Source of the DNA: Candidatus Aenigmatarchaeota archaeon
GTDB taxonomy: Archaea; Aenigmatarchaeota; Aenigmatarchaeia; QMZP01
NCBI GenBank assembly: GCA_039091855.1
Contig: JAWCLA010000002.1
Coordinates: 1 to 55,392, forward strand
Reading direction: 5' to 3'
Length of the DNA: 55,392 bases
A model generated the notes under the pieces. The model was not told where the DNA came from. It did not search any database and worked only from the letters and a program-made list of their open reading frames with translations. The translations under genes were made by a program, and so were the position numbers. Position 1 is the first letter of the stretch. Every line of letters starts with the position of its first letter. Of the stretch, positions 33,759-44,111 are shown one piece after another.

Positions 33759-36425
33759 ATGGAATTTCTATGGAATGAGCTAAGCACAAAACAAGTTCTG
33801 GAAAAACTTAATTCAGATGAGAAAGGAATTTCTGAAGAGGAATCACTAATAAGACTTCAAAAATACGGCCCAAACGAAATCAGGGAAGAGAAGAAAATAA
33901 GCAAGACTGAAATTTTTATTAACCAGTTCAGAAGCACGCTTGTTATAATACTTATTGCAGCAACTATATTTTCAGCAGCCATAGGCGAAATTTTTGATGC
34001 AGCCGCAATCATAGCAATAGTTATATTAAATGCAATTTTCGGGTTTGTCCAGGAATACAAGGCAGAAAAGGCAATAGAGGCGTTGAAAAGGCTTTCTTCT
34101 CCGGAAAGCATTGTCATAAGGGATGGCAAAAAAAGGACAATACCAAGCAGAAACCTTGTCCCCGGAGACATAGTTGTCCTTGAACAGGGAACAAAGGTGC
34201 CTGCTGACATAAGGCTCATTGAGGTTTCTGAGCTTAGGATAGATGAATCACCTATCACGGGCGAGTCCTCTCCTGTTACAAAGAAAACACAACCCATAAA
34301 GGCGTCTGTGCTTGCAGAAAGAAAGAACATCGCCTGGATGGGAACAATAGTCACGTATGGAAGGGGGAAGGGTGTTGTCGTAGAAACAGGGATGAGAACT
34401 GAGATAGGAAGGATTGCAAGTTCTGTTCAAGAAGCAGGCGAAGAAGAAACCCCGCTACAAAAAAAGCTCGCTGTCTTTGGAAAGAAGCTTGGAATAATGA
34501 TTCTTGCAATATGCGGCATAGTCGCTCTCACAGGAATACTAAGGGGGAATCCCGTTGTTGACATGATAATAACAGGCATAGCGCTTGCTGTTGCGGCAAT
34601 ACCTGAAGGACTGCCTGCCGTTGTGACAATAACGCTCGCATTAGGCGTTCACAAGCTGTCAAAAAACAACGCGATAATAAGAAAGCTTCCTGCAGTGGAA
34701 GCGCTTGGTTCAACAACAGTTATATGCGCTGACAAGACAGGAACGCTAACAAAGAACGAGATGACCGTGCGCAGGATATGGTATCCTGACAAAACAGTAT
34801 CAGTGACTGGTGAAGGGTATGAACCATCAGGAAAATTCCTAGTTTCCGGTAAGGAGATCGATCCGCGAAAGGACAAAAGCATAGAGCTCATTCTTACAGC
34901 AGGCACGCTATGTAATAATGCCGAACTAGATAAGAACAACGGGAAATTAAAGATAGTTGGAGACCCAACAGAAGGCGCCTTGATAGTTGCGGCAATGAAG
35001 GCAGGGCTTTCGAATATAGAATCTTTATATCCAAGGAAGCAGGAGATACCGTTTACGTCAGAAAGAAAGATGATGACAACAATACACTCATACCATAACA
35101 AGACCGTGGTTTTTTCAAAGGGAGCGCCAGAAAGAATTCTTTCTATCTGCGATTATATCTATTGCTCAGGAAAAACAAGAAAGCTTCTTCCATCAGACAG
35201 GAAGAAAATACTCGAAACCAATAACAAGTTTACAGATGAAGCGCTCAGGGTTTTGGCTATAGCCTACAAGGAAGCAAATGCAAGGGAAAGGGAATTTGAG
35301 AAAGGGATGGTTTTTCTTGGGCTTGTTGGAATGATAGATCCACCAAGGGATGGTGTAAAGGATGACATAGCAACCTGTAAAAAAGCAGGAATAAAGGTTG
35401 TGATGATAACAGGAGACCATGTCAACACAGCGGTTGCGGTAGCAAAGGAAATAGGGATAATAGAAAAAGCAGAAGAAAAGGCACTCACAGGAGAGGAACT
35501 CGACAGGCTTTCTGACAGCCAACTTGAAGAGATTGTCGAGCAGGTAAGGGTATATGCGAGAGTAAATCCAGAACACAAGGTAAGGATAGTTGATGCCCTG
35601 AAGAAAAAGGGCCACATAATCGCAATGACAGGAGATGGCGTTAACGACGCGCCCGCACTCAAAAAAGCCGACATAGGAGTTGCAATGGGAATAAATGGCA
35701 CTGACGTGGCAAAGGAAGCCTCTGATATGGTTCTGGCAGACGACAACTTCTCAACAATAGTTGCTGCTGTAAAGGGAGGCAGGCAGATTTACGACAACAT
35801 AAAGAAGTTCATCCAATACCTACTATCCAGCAATTTAGGAGAGGTTCTTATAGTTTTCACAGCCATGCTCATAGGATTCATAGACCCGCACACAGGAAAA
35901 ACCATAATACCGCTTACAGCAATCCAGCTGCTTTGGATAAACCTTCTTACAGACGGCCTTCCTGCACTTGCACTTGGAGCCGACCCGCCATCCAAAAACA
36001 TAATGGAAAGACCGCCACGCAACCCCAAGGAAAACATACTTTCAAAGGGTATGTTTACAGATATGATAATAGTAGGAATTGTAATGCTTGTTGGAACGCT
36101 TTCGCTTTTTGCCTATAACCTTCCCTCAGGAGGACAGAAGGCAATCACAGTGGCGTTCACAACGATTGTTGTTTTTGAAATGGTGAGGGTGCAGTCCGTC
36201 CGTGCAAAATACAAGGTCGGTTTCTTTTCAAACAAAAAACTACTGCTCGCAATCTCATCAACAATACTGCTTCAAATAATAGTTATCTATTTGCCATTCC
36301 TTCAGCCCATTTTTGAAACCACACCACTTGATCTTGCTGACTGGATAGAAATAACAGCAGTCGCAAGTTCTGTAATGTTAGTTATGTTAATAAAGGACAA
36401 AATATTTAACAGGATTTATGATTAA
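33759..36425 (+). CDS. P-type cation-transporting ATPase, type II (Ca2+-ATPase-like)
   Basis: TGES, PEGLPAVVT, ICADKTGTLT, MITGD and TGDGVNDAPALKKADIGVAMG motifs. Ten predicted TM segments. Confidence 0.9.
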   Translation: MEFLWNELSTKQVLEKLNSDEKGISEEESLIRLQKYGPNEIREEKKISKTEIFINQFRSTLVIILIAATIFSAAIGEIFDAAAIIAIVILNAIFGFVQEYKAEKAIEALKRLSSPESIVIRDGKKRTIPSRNLVPGDIVVLEQGTKVPADIRLIEVSELRIDESPITGESSPVTKKTQPIKASVLAERKNIAWMGTIVTYGRGKGVVVETGMRTEIGRIASSVQEAGEEETPLQKKLAVFGKKLGIMILAICGIVALTGILRGNPVVDMIITGIALAVAAIPEGLPAVVTITLALGVHKLSKNNAIIRKLPAVEALGSTTVICADKTGTLTKNEMTVRRIWYPDKTVSVTGEGYEPSGKFLVSGKEIDPRKDKSIELILTAGTLCNNAELDKNNGKLKIVGDPTEGALIVAAMKAGLSNIESLYPRKQEIPFTSERKMMTTIHSYHNKTVVFSKGAPERILSICDYIYCSGKTRKLLPSDRKKILETNNKFTDEALRVLAIAYKEANAREREFEKGMVFLGLVGMIDPPRDGVKDDIATCKKAGIKVVMITGDHVNTAVAVAKEIGIIEKAEEKALTGEELDRLSDSQLEEIVEQVRVYARVNPEHKVRIVDALKKKGHIIAMTGDGVNDAPALKKADIGVAMGINGTDVAKEASDMVLADDNFSTIVAAVKGGRQIYDNIKKFIQYLLSSNLGEVLIVFTAMLIGFIDPHTGKTIIPLTAIQLLWINLLTDGLPALALGADPPSKNIMERPPRNPKENILSKGMFTDMIIVGIVMLVGTLSLFAYNLPSGGQKAITVAFTTIVVFEMVRVQSVRAKYKVGFFSNKKLLLAISSTILLQIIVIYLPFLQPIFETTPLDLADWIEITAVASSVMLVMLIKDKIFNRIYD

Positions 36426-36436
36426 GCAGTGCTTAA

Positions 36437-37969
36437 TCAGTGTTTAAGCGCTCCAAGCCTTTCCAACTCCTCCCCGTTTAGAAACCTCTTAAGCGCATCA
36501 GGAAGCTCAGATATTTTTATCCTTACCTGCTTCATAGAATCCCTGTCCCTGAGCGTGACATCATCATTCTTAAGCGTGTCATAATCTATCGTTATCCCTG
36601 CCGCAACTCCTATCTCGTCTATCCGACGATAGCGTCGGCCTATGCTTCCTGACTCATCATAAAAAACCTGAAACCCCTTATCCTTTAACAGATTATAAAC
36701 CTCCCTTGCCTTTTCCTGCAAGCCATCCCTATTAACCAATGGAAATATGCCTGCATCAAATGGTGATACAATCCTTGGAAACTTCATAACCATTCTTTTT
36801 TCCTTTCCGGCAAGCTCCTCATCTAAAGCAATCTCGAACAAAGCATATATGTTCCTGTCAACACCGAAGCTTAGCTCAAGAACGTGTGGGATGAATTTTT
36901 TCCCATTTATATTTACCTCTTGGCTCTCTCCAGATACCTTCTGATGTCCCAGCAAATCATGGTCAGTTCTGTAGTGAATTCCCGCAACCTCTTTAAAGCC
37001 GCCGATACTCTCCAGCTTTAATTCTACATCCCAGTGGTATTTGTTATAAAAAGCCTTCTCCTCATCTGTCAACTGCCTGAACCTGAAAGCATCCTTAGGA
37101 AGCTTTAGCAAATCCAAATAAAACTGCTGGATTTTTGCCATATAATACACATAAAATTTCGGCAAGCCAACAACCTTCACAACGTCATCTGCACTAATTT
37201 CGTCTATTTTCCCAGAATTCCTGTTCTTTACAGGAAAGACCCTTATCTTGTATTCTTTAACCTCTTCAAACCTTGGGTGCTCTTTTATAGCATCAGGATC
37301 AAAGAAAATCTGCAGCTCTGCCTGCGTAAACTCCCTCATTCTTATAAGCACGTTTCTCGGAGAAATCTCGTTCCTGTAAGCCCTTCCTATTATAGCCAAA
37401 CCCAAAGGCAGCCTTCTCCTCAGGCACTCAAACTCCTGCCTGAAATTTACATAAGCTCCCTGCGCCGTTTCGGGGCTCAAATAACCCCTCCTTGTTTCCG
37501 CTCCTGTACCAACATTCAACGGAAACATCATATTAAGGGTTCCTGTTTCCTCAAAAACACCATTGCATTTCGGGCATCTTATGTTATGCGCCTTTATTAT
37601 CTCATTCATTTTTTCCAAAGAGGCTCCTTCAAAATTTTCTTTTAGGCTTTCCTCTATTATATGGTCAGCCCTTTCGGTATTTCCACACTTTCTGCATCTT
37701 ACGACAGGGTCTACAAAAGAAGCCAAATGACCCGATGCCTTGAAAACATGCTCGGGCATTATAGTGCATACAGATATCTCATAAAAGTTGTCATCAAGAC
37801 CGAGAAAAAAAGACCTCCAAACATTTTCCCACTTCCTTTTAAGAAGGGTTCCAAGATGGGCATAGTCATAAAAGCCTGCCATTGCCCCGTGAATAAGCGA
37901 GTTCTGCCAGAAAAACCCCCTTCTTTTCGCTATGTCAAGAATTTTTTCAACCTTCGAGTCCATAATCAC
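36437..37969 (-). CDS. glyS: Glycine--tRNA ligase (archaeal/eukaryal type)
   Basis: RRGFFWQNSLIHGAMAGFYDYAHLG, the FVDPVVRCRKCG..RADH zinc-like insertion, and GRAYRNEISPRNVLIRMREFTQAE. Confidence 0.9.
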   Translation of the reverse strand: MIMDSKVEKILDIAKRRGFFWQNSLIHGAMAGFYDYAHLGTLLKRKWENVWRSFFLGLDDNFYEISVCTIMPEHVFKASGHLASFVDPVVRCRKCGNTERADHIIEESLKENFEGASLEKMNEIIKAHNIRCPKCNGVFEETGTLNMMFPLNVGTGAETRRGYLSPETAQGAYVNFRQEFECLRRRLPLGLAIIGRAYRNEISPRNVLIRMREFTQAELQIFFDPDAIKEHPRFEEVKEYKIRVFPVKNRNSGKIDEISADDVVKVVGLPKFYVYYMAKIQQFYLDLLKLPKDAFRFRQLTDEEKAFYNKYHWDVELKLESIGGFKEVAGIHYRTDHDLLGHQKVSGESQEVNINGKKFIPHVLELSFGVDRNIYALFEIALDEELAGKEKRMVMKFPRIVSPFDAGIFPLVNRDGLQEKAREVYNLLKDKGFQVFYDESGSIGRRYRRIDEIGVAAGITIDYDTLKNDDVTLRDRDSMKQVRIKISELPDALKRFLNGEELERLGALKH

Positions 37970-38027
37970 TTAATACAACAGAAACTTAAATAAGATTTCG
38001 ATAATTGGAGTTATACAAGGTATAGTT

Positions 38028-39227
38028 ATGTTTGAGTCCATTCTTTCAGCTATTATAATTGCCTTTATAATAATAGCTCTATCTTTCTGGTTTATGGGTT
38101 GGAGATGGGAATCCAGATTAGTAAGACCAAAAGCCAAAGGATTCAGGCCTTTGGTATCAATAATAATCCCTGCTTATAAATCAGAAAAAACCATAGAGGA
38201 TACAATAAAATCAGCAAAAAAGGTTTCATATAAACCAAAGGAAATAATAGTTGTAAATGATTCCAAAGACAGAACGCCTGAAATATGCAAAAAACTAGGC
38301 GTTAAGCTGATACAAAACAAAAGAAGAGTTGGAAAGGCAGCCGCCCTGAACAATGCCGTAAAAAAGTCAAGAGGTGAGATACTTTTTTTCCTTGACGCCG
38401 ACACGACCATAGAGAGTGACGCTTTAAAAAAAATAGTTCCTTGGTTCACCATAAAAGACATAGGAGCAGTCTCCCCAAAATATATTGCAAAGAAAAGCAA
38501 AAGCATAATATCAAGGCTTGCTTCCATTGAAAACAACTTCAACTCTTCATTATTTAAGGCACATATGTTTTTTGGTTCTATGATTACAATAAGGGGATGT
38601 GGTGTTGCCATTCGAAGATCTGTTTTTAATGATGTTGGCGGATGGTCAAAAACACTTATAGAAGATGTTGATATGGCCGCAAAAATCCTTAAGGCAGGAT
38701 ACAAAATCCAATACGAGCCTTATGCTATTGTAAAAACCAAAGAGCCAGAAACCATAGCAGAACTAAAGAACCAGAGAACAAGATGGGGAAAGGGAACTGC
38801 ATATTCCCTAATCAATCATCACTCAATGTACTCAAAAAACAAGCAGCTACTTATACATTTTGTTCCATACATTTTTCTCACATTTGCAATAATAGGGACT
38901 TTTTTGTGGCAAATCTATATTTTCATACCCATCATTCTTATTTACTTGCTTTTTTCGTACTCTCTTACAACACTAGAAATACTGATGATTTTCATCATTC
39001 AGATTATTTACTGGATTTTTATGGCAGTAATAACAGGCGCAATAAGTCACCTTACAATAATTACTTGGAAGGAAAGGGAAAGCCGCTCAGAGAGTATTTT
39101 GCTAATACCATATGTCCTTTTTTATTCCCCTTTGGTGCTTTTTTTGTATATAAAGGGTATGATATCAGGATTTTCTTATAGGAGATACAGCAAAAAAGAG
39201 CTTGACCTCAGGGATTGGAAATGCTGA
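38028..39227 (+). CDS. Membrane-integrated family 2 glycosyltransferase (processive type, Q-x-x-RW)
   Basis: SIIIPAYK, FLDADT, EDVDMA and QRTRWGKG motifs. TM helices flank the catalytic domain. Confidence 0.85.
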   Translation: MFESILSAIIIAFIIIALSFWFMGWRWESRLVRPKAKGFRPLVSIIIPAYKSEKTIEDTIKSAKKVSYKPKEIIVVNDSKDRTPEICKKLGVKLIQNKRRVGKAAALNNAVKKSRGEILFFLDADTTIESDALKKIVPWFTIKDIGAVSPKYIAKKSKSIISRLASIENNFNSSLFKAHMFFGSMITIRGCGVAIRRSVFNDVGGWSKTLIEDVDMAAKILKAGYKIQYEPYAIVKTKEPETIAELKNQRTRWGKGTAYSLINHHSMYSKNKQLLIHFVPYIFLTFAIIGTFLWQIYIFIPIILIYLLFSYSLTTLEILMIFIIQIIYWIFMAVITGAISHLTIITWKERESRSESILLIPYVLFYSPLVLFLYIKGMISGFSYRRYSKKELDLRDWKC

Positions 39228-39861
39228 ATCCCTTTTCGAGCAAAACAAACCTTACACACCACATCGAATTAACTATCCTTAAATAGTTAGGATATATCCA
39301 TGAATCTATTATTTTTAACCCGTTTCTGCAAAAAACATCTCTCCATCCCGAAAAATCCATATGCCATATGTGTGTTTTATCACTATCCTTTTCCTTTGGA
39401 AACAAGTCCTTGTCAGGAATTATTACAAGGAGCACACCATCATCCTTTAAAATCCTTTTTATTTCCTGCAACACAAAACCAAGGTTTTTACAGTGCTCGA
39501 TAACATCAAAAGCTGTTATTGCGTCAAATTCTCTATCAGCAAAAGAAGTCGGTTTTTCTATGTCCATTTCCAAAAAATCAATATCAGGAAACAAATTTTT
39601 TGCCCTTTTTATAGCGAAGCTGGACACATCACAACCAACCACATCAAAACCATTTTTATTTAAGAACCCGGCCCAAAAACCATAAGCACATCCTACATCC
39701 AGAAGCCTGCCGCAGCTCTTGTATTTTTTTATTATCGAAAGAGCCTTCCTGTATATGAAAAATCTGCAAAAACCCATTCTCAAAGACGAATATCCTCCCA
39801 AAAAAGAATAGTTTGAGCCGTTACCTTCGTAATAATCATACCCATATTCCATCTTCACCAT
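39208..39861 (-). CDS. Class I SAM-dependent methyltransferase
   Basis: RLLDVGCAYGFW (motif I) and FDAITAFDVIEH. The 3' end overlaps the GT2 gene convergently by 20 nt. Confidence 0.8.
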   Translation of the reverse strand: MVKMEYGYDYYEGNGSNYSFLGGYSSLRMGFCRFFIYRKALSIIKKYKSCGRLLDVGCAYGFWAGFLNKNGFDVVGCDVSSFAIKRAKNLFPDIDFLEMDIEKPTSFADREFDAITAFDVIEHCKNLGFVLQEIKRILKDDGVLLVIIPDKDLFPKEKDSDKTHIWHMDFSGWRDVFCRNGLKIIDSWIYPNYLRIVNSMWCVRFVLLEKGFSISNP

Positions 39862-39925
39862 AATAATTTTATATATTAAAAATGCTTTTATGTTGCAAAT
39901 AAAATAAATAAAAACCCGTGAGATT

Positions 39926-41389
39926 ATGCCTTTATATTCAAGAACGCTTCATCCACAAGAAAAGGCAATACTTCTTGTACTGGAAAAAAGAACAGAGAGC
40001 ACAGTTGATAGCATATCCAAGGAAACAGGACTTTCTGAGGCAGCTGTAAACAAGGCAGGGCTTTGGCTAAAGCTCAAGGGACTGATTGACTACAAGGACA
40101 AAAAGGAAACAAAAATATCTCTCACCCCTGAAGGAAAACTTTATGCAAAAAAAGGCCTGCCAGAAAAAAACCTTTTGAAACTGGCAGTTAAAAATCCCAC
40201 AATAAGGGAGCTTGAAGACAGCATCCCCCAATTAACAATAGCCCTTGCTTGGGCAAAAAGAAAAGGATGGATAGAAATTGAAAAAGGAACTATAAAGATA
40301 ACAAAGGAAGGCTTAAAAGCCATTTCAAAAGAAAGTGAAATTGAAAAAAGCCTTAAGAGCGGGGAAGTTTCTGATGAAGCAGTTCTCAACGAACTAAAAA
40401 GCAGGAAGCTTGTTTCTGTAAAGGAGAAGACAACAAAGATATTTTTACTAACAGAGGATGGCAAAAAATTAATACCAAAGCTTTTTTCTAAAATTGAAGA
40501 GCTGGGGCAGCTTACTCCAGAAGACATAAAGACAGGCGCATGGAGAAAAAAGAAATTCAGGCCCTATGACATAACAACTCCTGTTCCGGTAACAGTTCCT
40601 GCAAAAATCCACCCATACGTTCAGTTTATGAACCTTACAAGGCAGAAACTCATAGCGCTCGGATTCAAGGAGATGAAGGGACCGTTTGTCGAGCTTGAGT
40701 TCTGGAACTCTGACGCGCTTTTTATGCCACAGGATCATCCTGCAAGAGGAATACATGACGTCTTCCATCTTAAAAACCCAAGAAAGGGCATAGTTAAAGA
40801 CAAGTTAATTATGAAAAGGGTTTCAGAAACTCACAAAAACGGCTGGATAACAGGCTCAACGGGTTGGGGATTCTGGAATCCTATGCAAACACTTAGACTT
40901 GTTCTTCGTTCCCAGACAACAGCAGTCTCAGTAAGGACTCTTGCTTCTGGAAACCATTACGGAAAGTTTTTCACAATAGACAGGAATTTCAGGCCTGATG
41001 TCGTGGATGCCACACATTCCTTCGAATTCCATCAGTGTGAGGGAATTGTTGTCGGTGAAGGCATGAATCTTAGAAACCTTTTGGGATACCTCAAGGTTTT
41101 CGGAAAGGAAATAGCAGGAGCAGAAGATATTAGATTCAGACCGGGTTATTTTCCATTCACAGAGCCTTCTGTTGAAATGGACTGCCTTGTAAATGGAAAA
41201 TGGGTTGAGATAGCAGGCTCAGGAATATTCAGGCCTGAAGTAACCCAGCCGCTTGGAGTAAATGTCCCTGTTCTAGCTTGGGGAATAGGATTTGCAAGAC
41301 TTGCAATGATAAAACTCGGAATAAACGACATAAGAGAGCTTTTCAGTCACGACATAGAATGGCTTAAAAATAAGGGAATTGTTTATTGA
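39926..41389 (+). CDS. pheS: Phenylalanine--tRNA ligase alpha subunit
   Basis: PQDHPARG, FRPDVVDATHSFEFHQCEG, and GYFPFTEPSVE (class II motifs 2 and 3). Confidence 0.9.
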   Translation: MPLYSRTLHPQEKAILLVLEKRTESTVDSISKETGLSEAAVNKAGLWLKLKGLIDYKDKKETKISLTPEGKLYAKKGLPEKNLLKLAVKNPTIRELEDSIPQLTIALAWAKRKGWIEIEKGTIKITKEGLKAISKESEIEKSLKSGEVSDEAVLNELKSRKLVSVKEKTTKIFLLTEDGKKLIPKLFSKIEELGQLTPEDIKTGAWRKKKFRPYDITTPVPVTVPAKIHPYVQFMNLTRQKLIALGFKEMKGPFVELEFWNSDALFMPQDHPARGIHDVFHLKNPRKGIVKDKLIMKRVSETHKNGWITGSTGWGFWNPMQTLRLVLRSQTTAVSVRTLASGNHYGKFFTIDRNFRPDVVDATHSFEFHQCEGIVVGEGMNLRNLLGYLKVFGKEIAGAEDIRFRPGYFPFTEPSVEMDCLVNGKWVEIAGSGIFRPEVTQPLGVNVPVLAWGIGFARLAMIKLGINDIRELFSHDIEWLKNKGIVY

Positions 41390-41399
41390 GAGTGGTAGT

Positions 41400-43049
41400 A
41401 TGCCAATAATATCAGTCAATGTAGAGGACCTTAAAAGAATGGTAGGAAGAAGCATACCTGACAAGGAGCTCGAATCAATAATGCCTGTGATGAAAATGAA
41501 CATAGAGGAATGGGGAGAAGAAGCAAAAATAGAAGTCACTCCTGACAGGCCAGACCTTTTCTCAGCAGAAGGTATGGCAAGACAGATAAGCAGCTGGCTA
41601 GGAATAACACCCGGGCTACAAAAATTTGATGTTTCAAAGCCAAGGGTTGAAATGAAAACAACAAAGGTTTCACTTAGACCTTTTATAACTTGTGGAATAG
41701 TAAGAAACCTGAAGATGAGCGACAGTATGGTAAAGTCAGTAATGCAGCTTCAGGAAACCCTTGACCTAACTCTAGGAAGGGACAGAAAAAAGGTTGCCAT
41801 AGGAATTCACGATGTTTCAAAGGTTGTGCCGCCATTTTTTTACAAGGAAGTTCTTCCTGAAGAAATAAGTTTTATACCTCTGAATTCAAACAAAAGGATG
41901 AACCTTAAAGAGATAATAGAAACCCACCCAAAGGGAATACAGTATTCCCATCTTGTATTAGGCGCAAAAAAATGGCCTATAATAGTTGATTCAAAAAACC
42001 AGGTTTTGTCATTTCCCCCAATAATAAATGGCGAATTGACAAGGGTCACAGAAGATACTACAGACCTTTTTATTGACATAACAGGCCCTGAGGAAAGGAC
42101 AATAAACTATTGCTTAAATATTTTGGTTACTGCCCTTGAAAAAAGGGGAGGAAAAATAGAGGCAGTAAGCATTGATGGAAAACTTAGACCAGACCTTTCA
42201 CCAAGACTGATAAAGATAGAAACAAGCAACGTGAGAAAGCTTCTTGGAATTGAAATAAGCAACAAGGAAATACAAAACCTTATTGAAAGAATGGGTTATG
42301 GTGTTACATTGAAATCAAACACAGCAGATATTCTGATACCACCTTTCAGGGCAGACATAATGCACCCTGTTGACATAACAGAAGACATAGCCATAGCATA
42401 CGGATTAAACGATTTCATACCAGAAATCCCAAAACTGCCCTTTACAGGAGGCTCGGATGAAATTGAGGATTTCTCTCAAAAAATCAGGGAGCTTATGATA
42501 GGGCTTGGATTTCAGGAGGTATTAAACTTTACGCTTACTTCAAAGGAAAAGCAGTTTGAAAAAATGTGTATAAAATATGAAGATGTTGTAGAAATCGAAA
42601 ACCCTGTTTCAAAAGAGTATTCAATATGCAGGAAGTGGCTTCTACCATCGCTTCTTGAAAACTGCCGATCCAACAAGCACAGGAGGTTTCCGCAAAGGAT
42701 TTTTGAGATTTCGGATTGTGTAATTCCTGACAGGAAATCAGAAGTGATGGCTTCAAATGTAAGGAAATTATGCTGCCTTATAACACATTCCAAGGCAAAC
42801 CTCTCTGAAATATTGTCCATACTTAATGCAATACAAGAAAATCTAAAAGCAAAATGGAATGTAACAACATCAAAACACAAAAGCTTTACAGCAGGAAGAT
42901 GCGGTTCTATTATTCTTTCTGGAAGGGAAATAGGAGTGTTTGGCGAAATACACCCAAGCGTGATAGTAAACTTCGAGCTTAACAACCCTGTTGCAGCACT
43001 TGAGATTAATGTTCAGCAGATTTTTGAGAACTTAAAGACGCTATCTTAA
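41400..43049 (+). CDS. pheT: Phenylalanine--tRNA ligase beta subunit
   Basis: MPIISVNVEDLKRMVG is an archaeal PheT N-terminus, with B3/4 and B5 domain patterns. I chose ATG 41400 over the track's TTG 41379. Confidence 0.85.
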   Translation: MPIISVNVEDLKRMVGRSIPDKELESIMPVMKMNIEEWGEEAKIEVTPDRPDLFSAEGMARQISSWLGITPGLQKFDVSKPRVEMKTTKVSLRPFITCGIVRNLKMSDSMVKSVMQLQETLDLTLGRDRKKVAIGIHDVSKVVPPFFYKEVLPEEISFIPLNSNKRMNLKEIIETHPKGIQYSHLVLGAKKWPIIVDSKNQVLSFPPIINGELTRVTEDTTDLFIDITGPEERTINYCLNILVTALEKRGGKIEAVSIDGKLRPDLSPRLIKIETSNVRKLLGIEISNKEIQNLIERMGYGVTLKSNTADILIPPFRADIMHPVDITEDIAIAYGLNDFIPEIPKLPFTGGSDEIEDFSQKIRELMIGLGFQEVLNFTLTSKEKQFEKMCIKYEDVVEIENPVSKEYSICRKWLLPSLLENCRSNKHRRFPQRIFEISDCVIPDRKSEVMASNVRKLCCLITHSKANLSEILSILNAIQENLKAKWNVTTSKHKSFTAGRCGSIILSGREIGVFGEIHPSVIVNFELNNPVAALEINVQQIFENLKTLS

Positions 43050-43802
43050 CCAACCAAAAAACCTGTGCGTTAAAGGCCTTTTAATTACATACTGTTCTCC
43101 AATAAGCGTTGCTGCTATTGCCTTTATTTGTTGCGCAGCCAAAGATCTCGGATTATAAATCACAACAGGCTGCCTGTTTGATATGGACTTACCAACATTA
43201 TGGTCTTCGTGTATTTTTCCTATTATCGGTATTCCGAGGAATTCCTCTATTCTATGAAGCGGAACCTCATATGAGGCATTTTTAATTCTGTTTACAATAA
43301 CACCTGTGTTGTCCGTTTCGAAGTCTCTCGCAACCTTTGAAAGCTTCAATGCATCTGTGAGTGCAGGCATCTCAGGATTTGTTACAGTTATAACCTCATC
43401 AGCTGCCTTTATTGCTGATTGTGCTTCCTTTCCAAGCCCCGCGGCAGTGTCTATAAGAACAAAATCGGCATCACCAGCAAGCTTATAGAAAATATCAATA
43501 AGCTTGTTAGATTGTGGAACCATAAGCTTTGAAAGAGAAATATCAGCAGGTATAACCCTAAAACCAGATTGATGATAATAAACAGCATCCTTCAATTTTG
43601 CCTTTCCACTCAAAACATCATTAAGGGTTATAGGATAAAGCGGAATTCCCAAGTGCAAGCCAAGGTTCGATGTTGTAAGATTTGCATCTATTGCAACAAC
43701 TGATTTTTTGAAATGCGAGAGAGCAGCAGCAAGATTGGAAACGATTGTTGTCTTACCTACTCCTCCCTTACCACTGGCAATAGCAATTATTCTGGTCATC
43801 AT
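43041..43802 (-). CDS. minD: MinD/ParA-family P-loop ATPase
   Basis: Deviant Walker A IASGKGGVGKTT, DANLTTSNLGLHLG, and LIDTAAG. Confidence 0.8.
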   Translation of the reverse strand: MMTRIIAIASGKGGVGKTTIVSNLAAALSHFKKSVVAIDANLTTSNLGLHLGIPLYPITLNDVLSGKAKLKDAVYYHQSGFRVIPADISLSKLMVPQSNKLIDIFYKLAGDADFVLIDTAAGLGKEAQSAIKAADEVITVTNPEMPALTDALKLSKVARDFETDNTGVIVNRIKNASYEVPLHRIEEFLGIPIIGKIHEDHNVGKSISNRQPVVIYNPRSLAAQQIKAIAATLIGEQYVIKRPLTHRFFGWLR

Positions 43803-43860
43803 TTATATCTTGTACAACAGGGATAAATATATATCATCTATTGAATATGGCTTTACAGAC

Positions 43861-43893
43861 AGACGACTTATGATAATTATATAAAAGTCGTCT
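43861..43893 (+). promoter_or_regulatory. tRNA-Arg promoter: TATA-like box lying inside a 9-bp inverted repeat
   Basis: AGACGACTT (43861-43869) and AAGTCGTCT (43885-43893) flank ATGATAATTATATAA. The TTATATAA centre lies about 25 nt upstream of tRNA position 1. Confidence 0.5.
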
Positions 43894-43904
43894 TTCTGAG
43901 TGTT

Positions 43905-44066
43905 GGGCCCGTAGCTCAGTAGGATAGAGCGGCAGCCTCCTATCAGGCCTTTTTCAAAAAAACCTGAACGGTCAAACCTTTACATTAACAAGGCAATCAG
44001 GACATACAAAAATGTCCTAAAATAGGAGGTAGCTGTAGGTCGTGGGTTCGATTCCCACCGGGCTCG
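43905..44066 (+). tRNA. tRNA-Arg (anticodon CCT) with an 88-nt intron at 37/38
   Basis: Acceptor GGGCCCG pairs with CGGGCTC (G2-U71 wobble); discriminator G44066. D arm GCTC AGTAGGATA GAGC. Anticodon stem GCAGC (43932-43936) / GCTGT (44032-44036). Loop CTCCTA (CCT at 43939-43941) plus A44031. Intron at 43943-44030. Variable region AGGTC. T arm GTGGG TTCGATT CCCAC. The intron 3' end, ATAGGAGG, can pair with the exon segment CCTCCTAT. Confidence 0.8.
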
Positions 44067-44111
44067 CTAAAATCTATCATACTAATAAAAAATCAAAAAC
44101 CAAGTATTATT

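Noticed and set aside
36421-36445. TTAAGCAGTGCTTAAT, resembling the TGCTTAA/palindrome motif of the 50-51 kb repeats.
   Set aside because: Only one short occurrence, in an 11-nt convergent gap. It partly overlaps the ATPase stop and lies adjacent to the glyS 3' end. It is more simply a small terminator-like palindrome or chance.
38174-38704. 176-aa minus-strand ORF.
   Set aside because: It is antisense to the catalytic domain of the GT2 glycosyltransferase, and is a shadow ORF.
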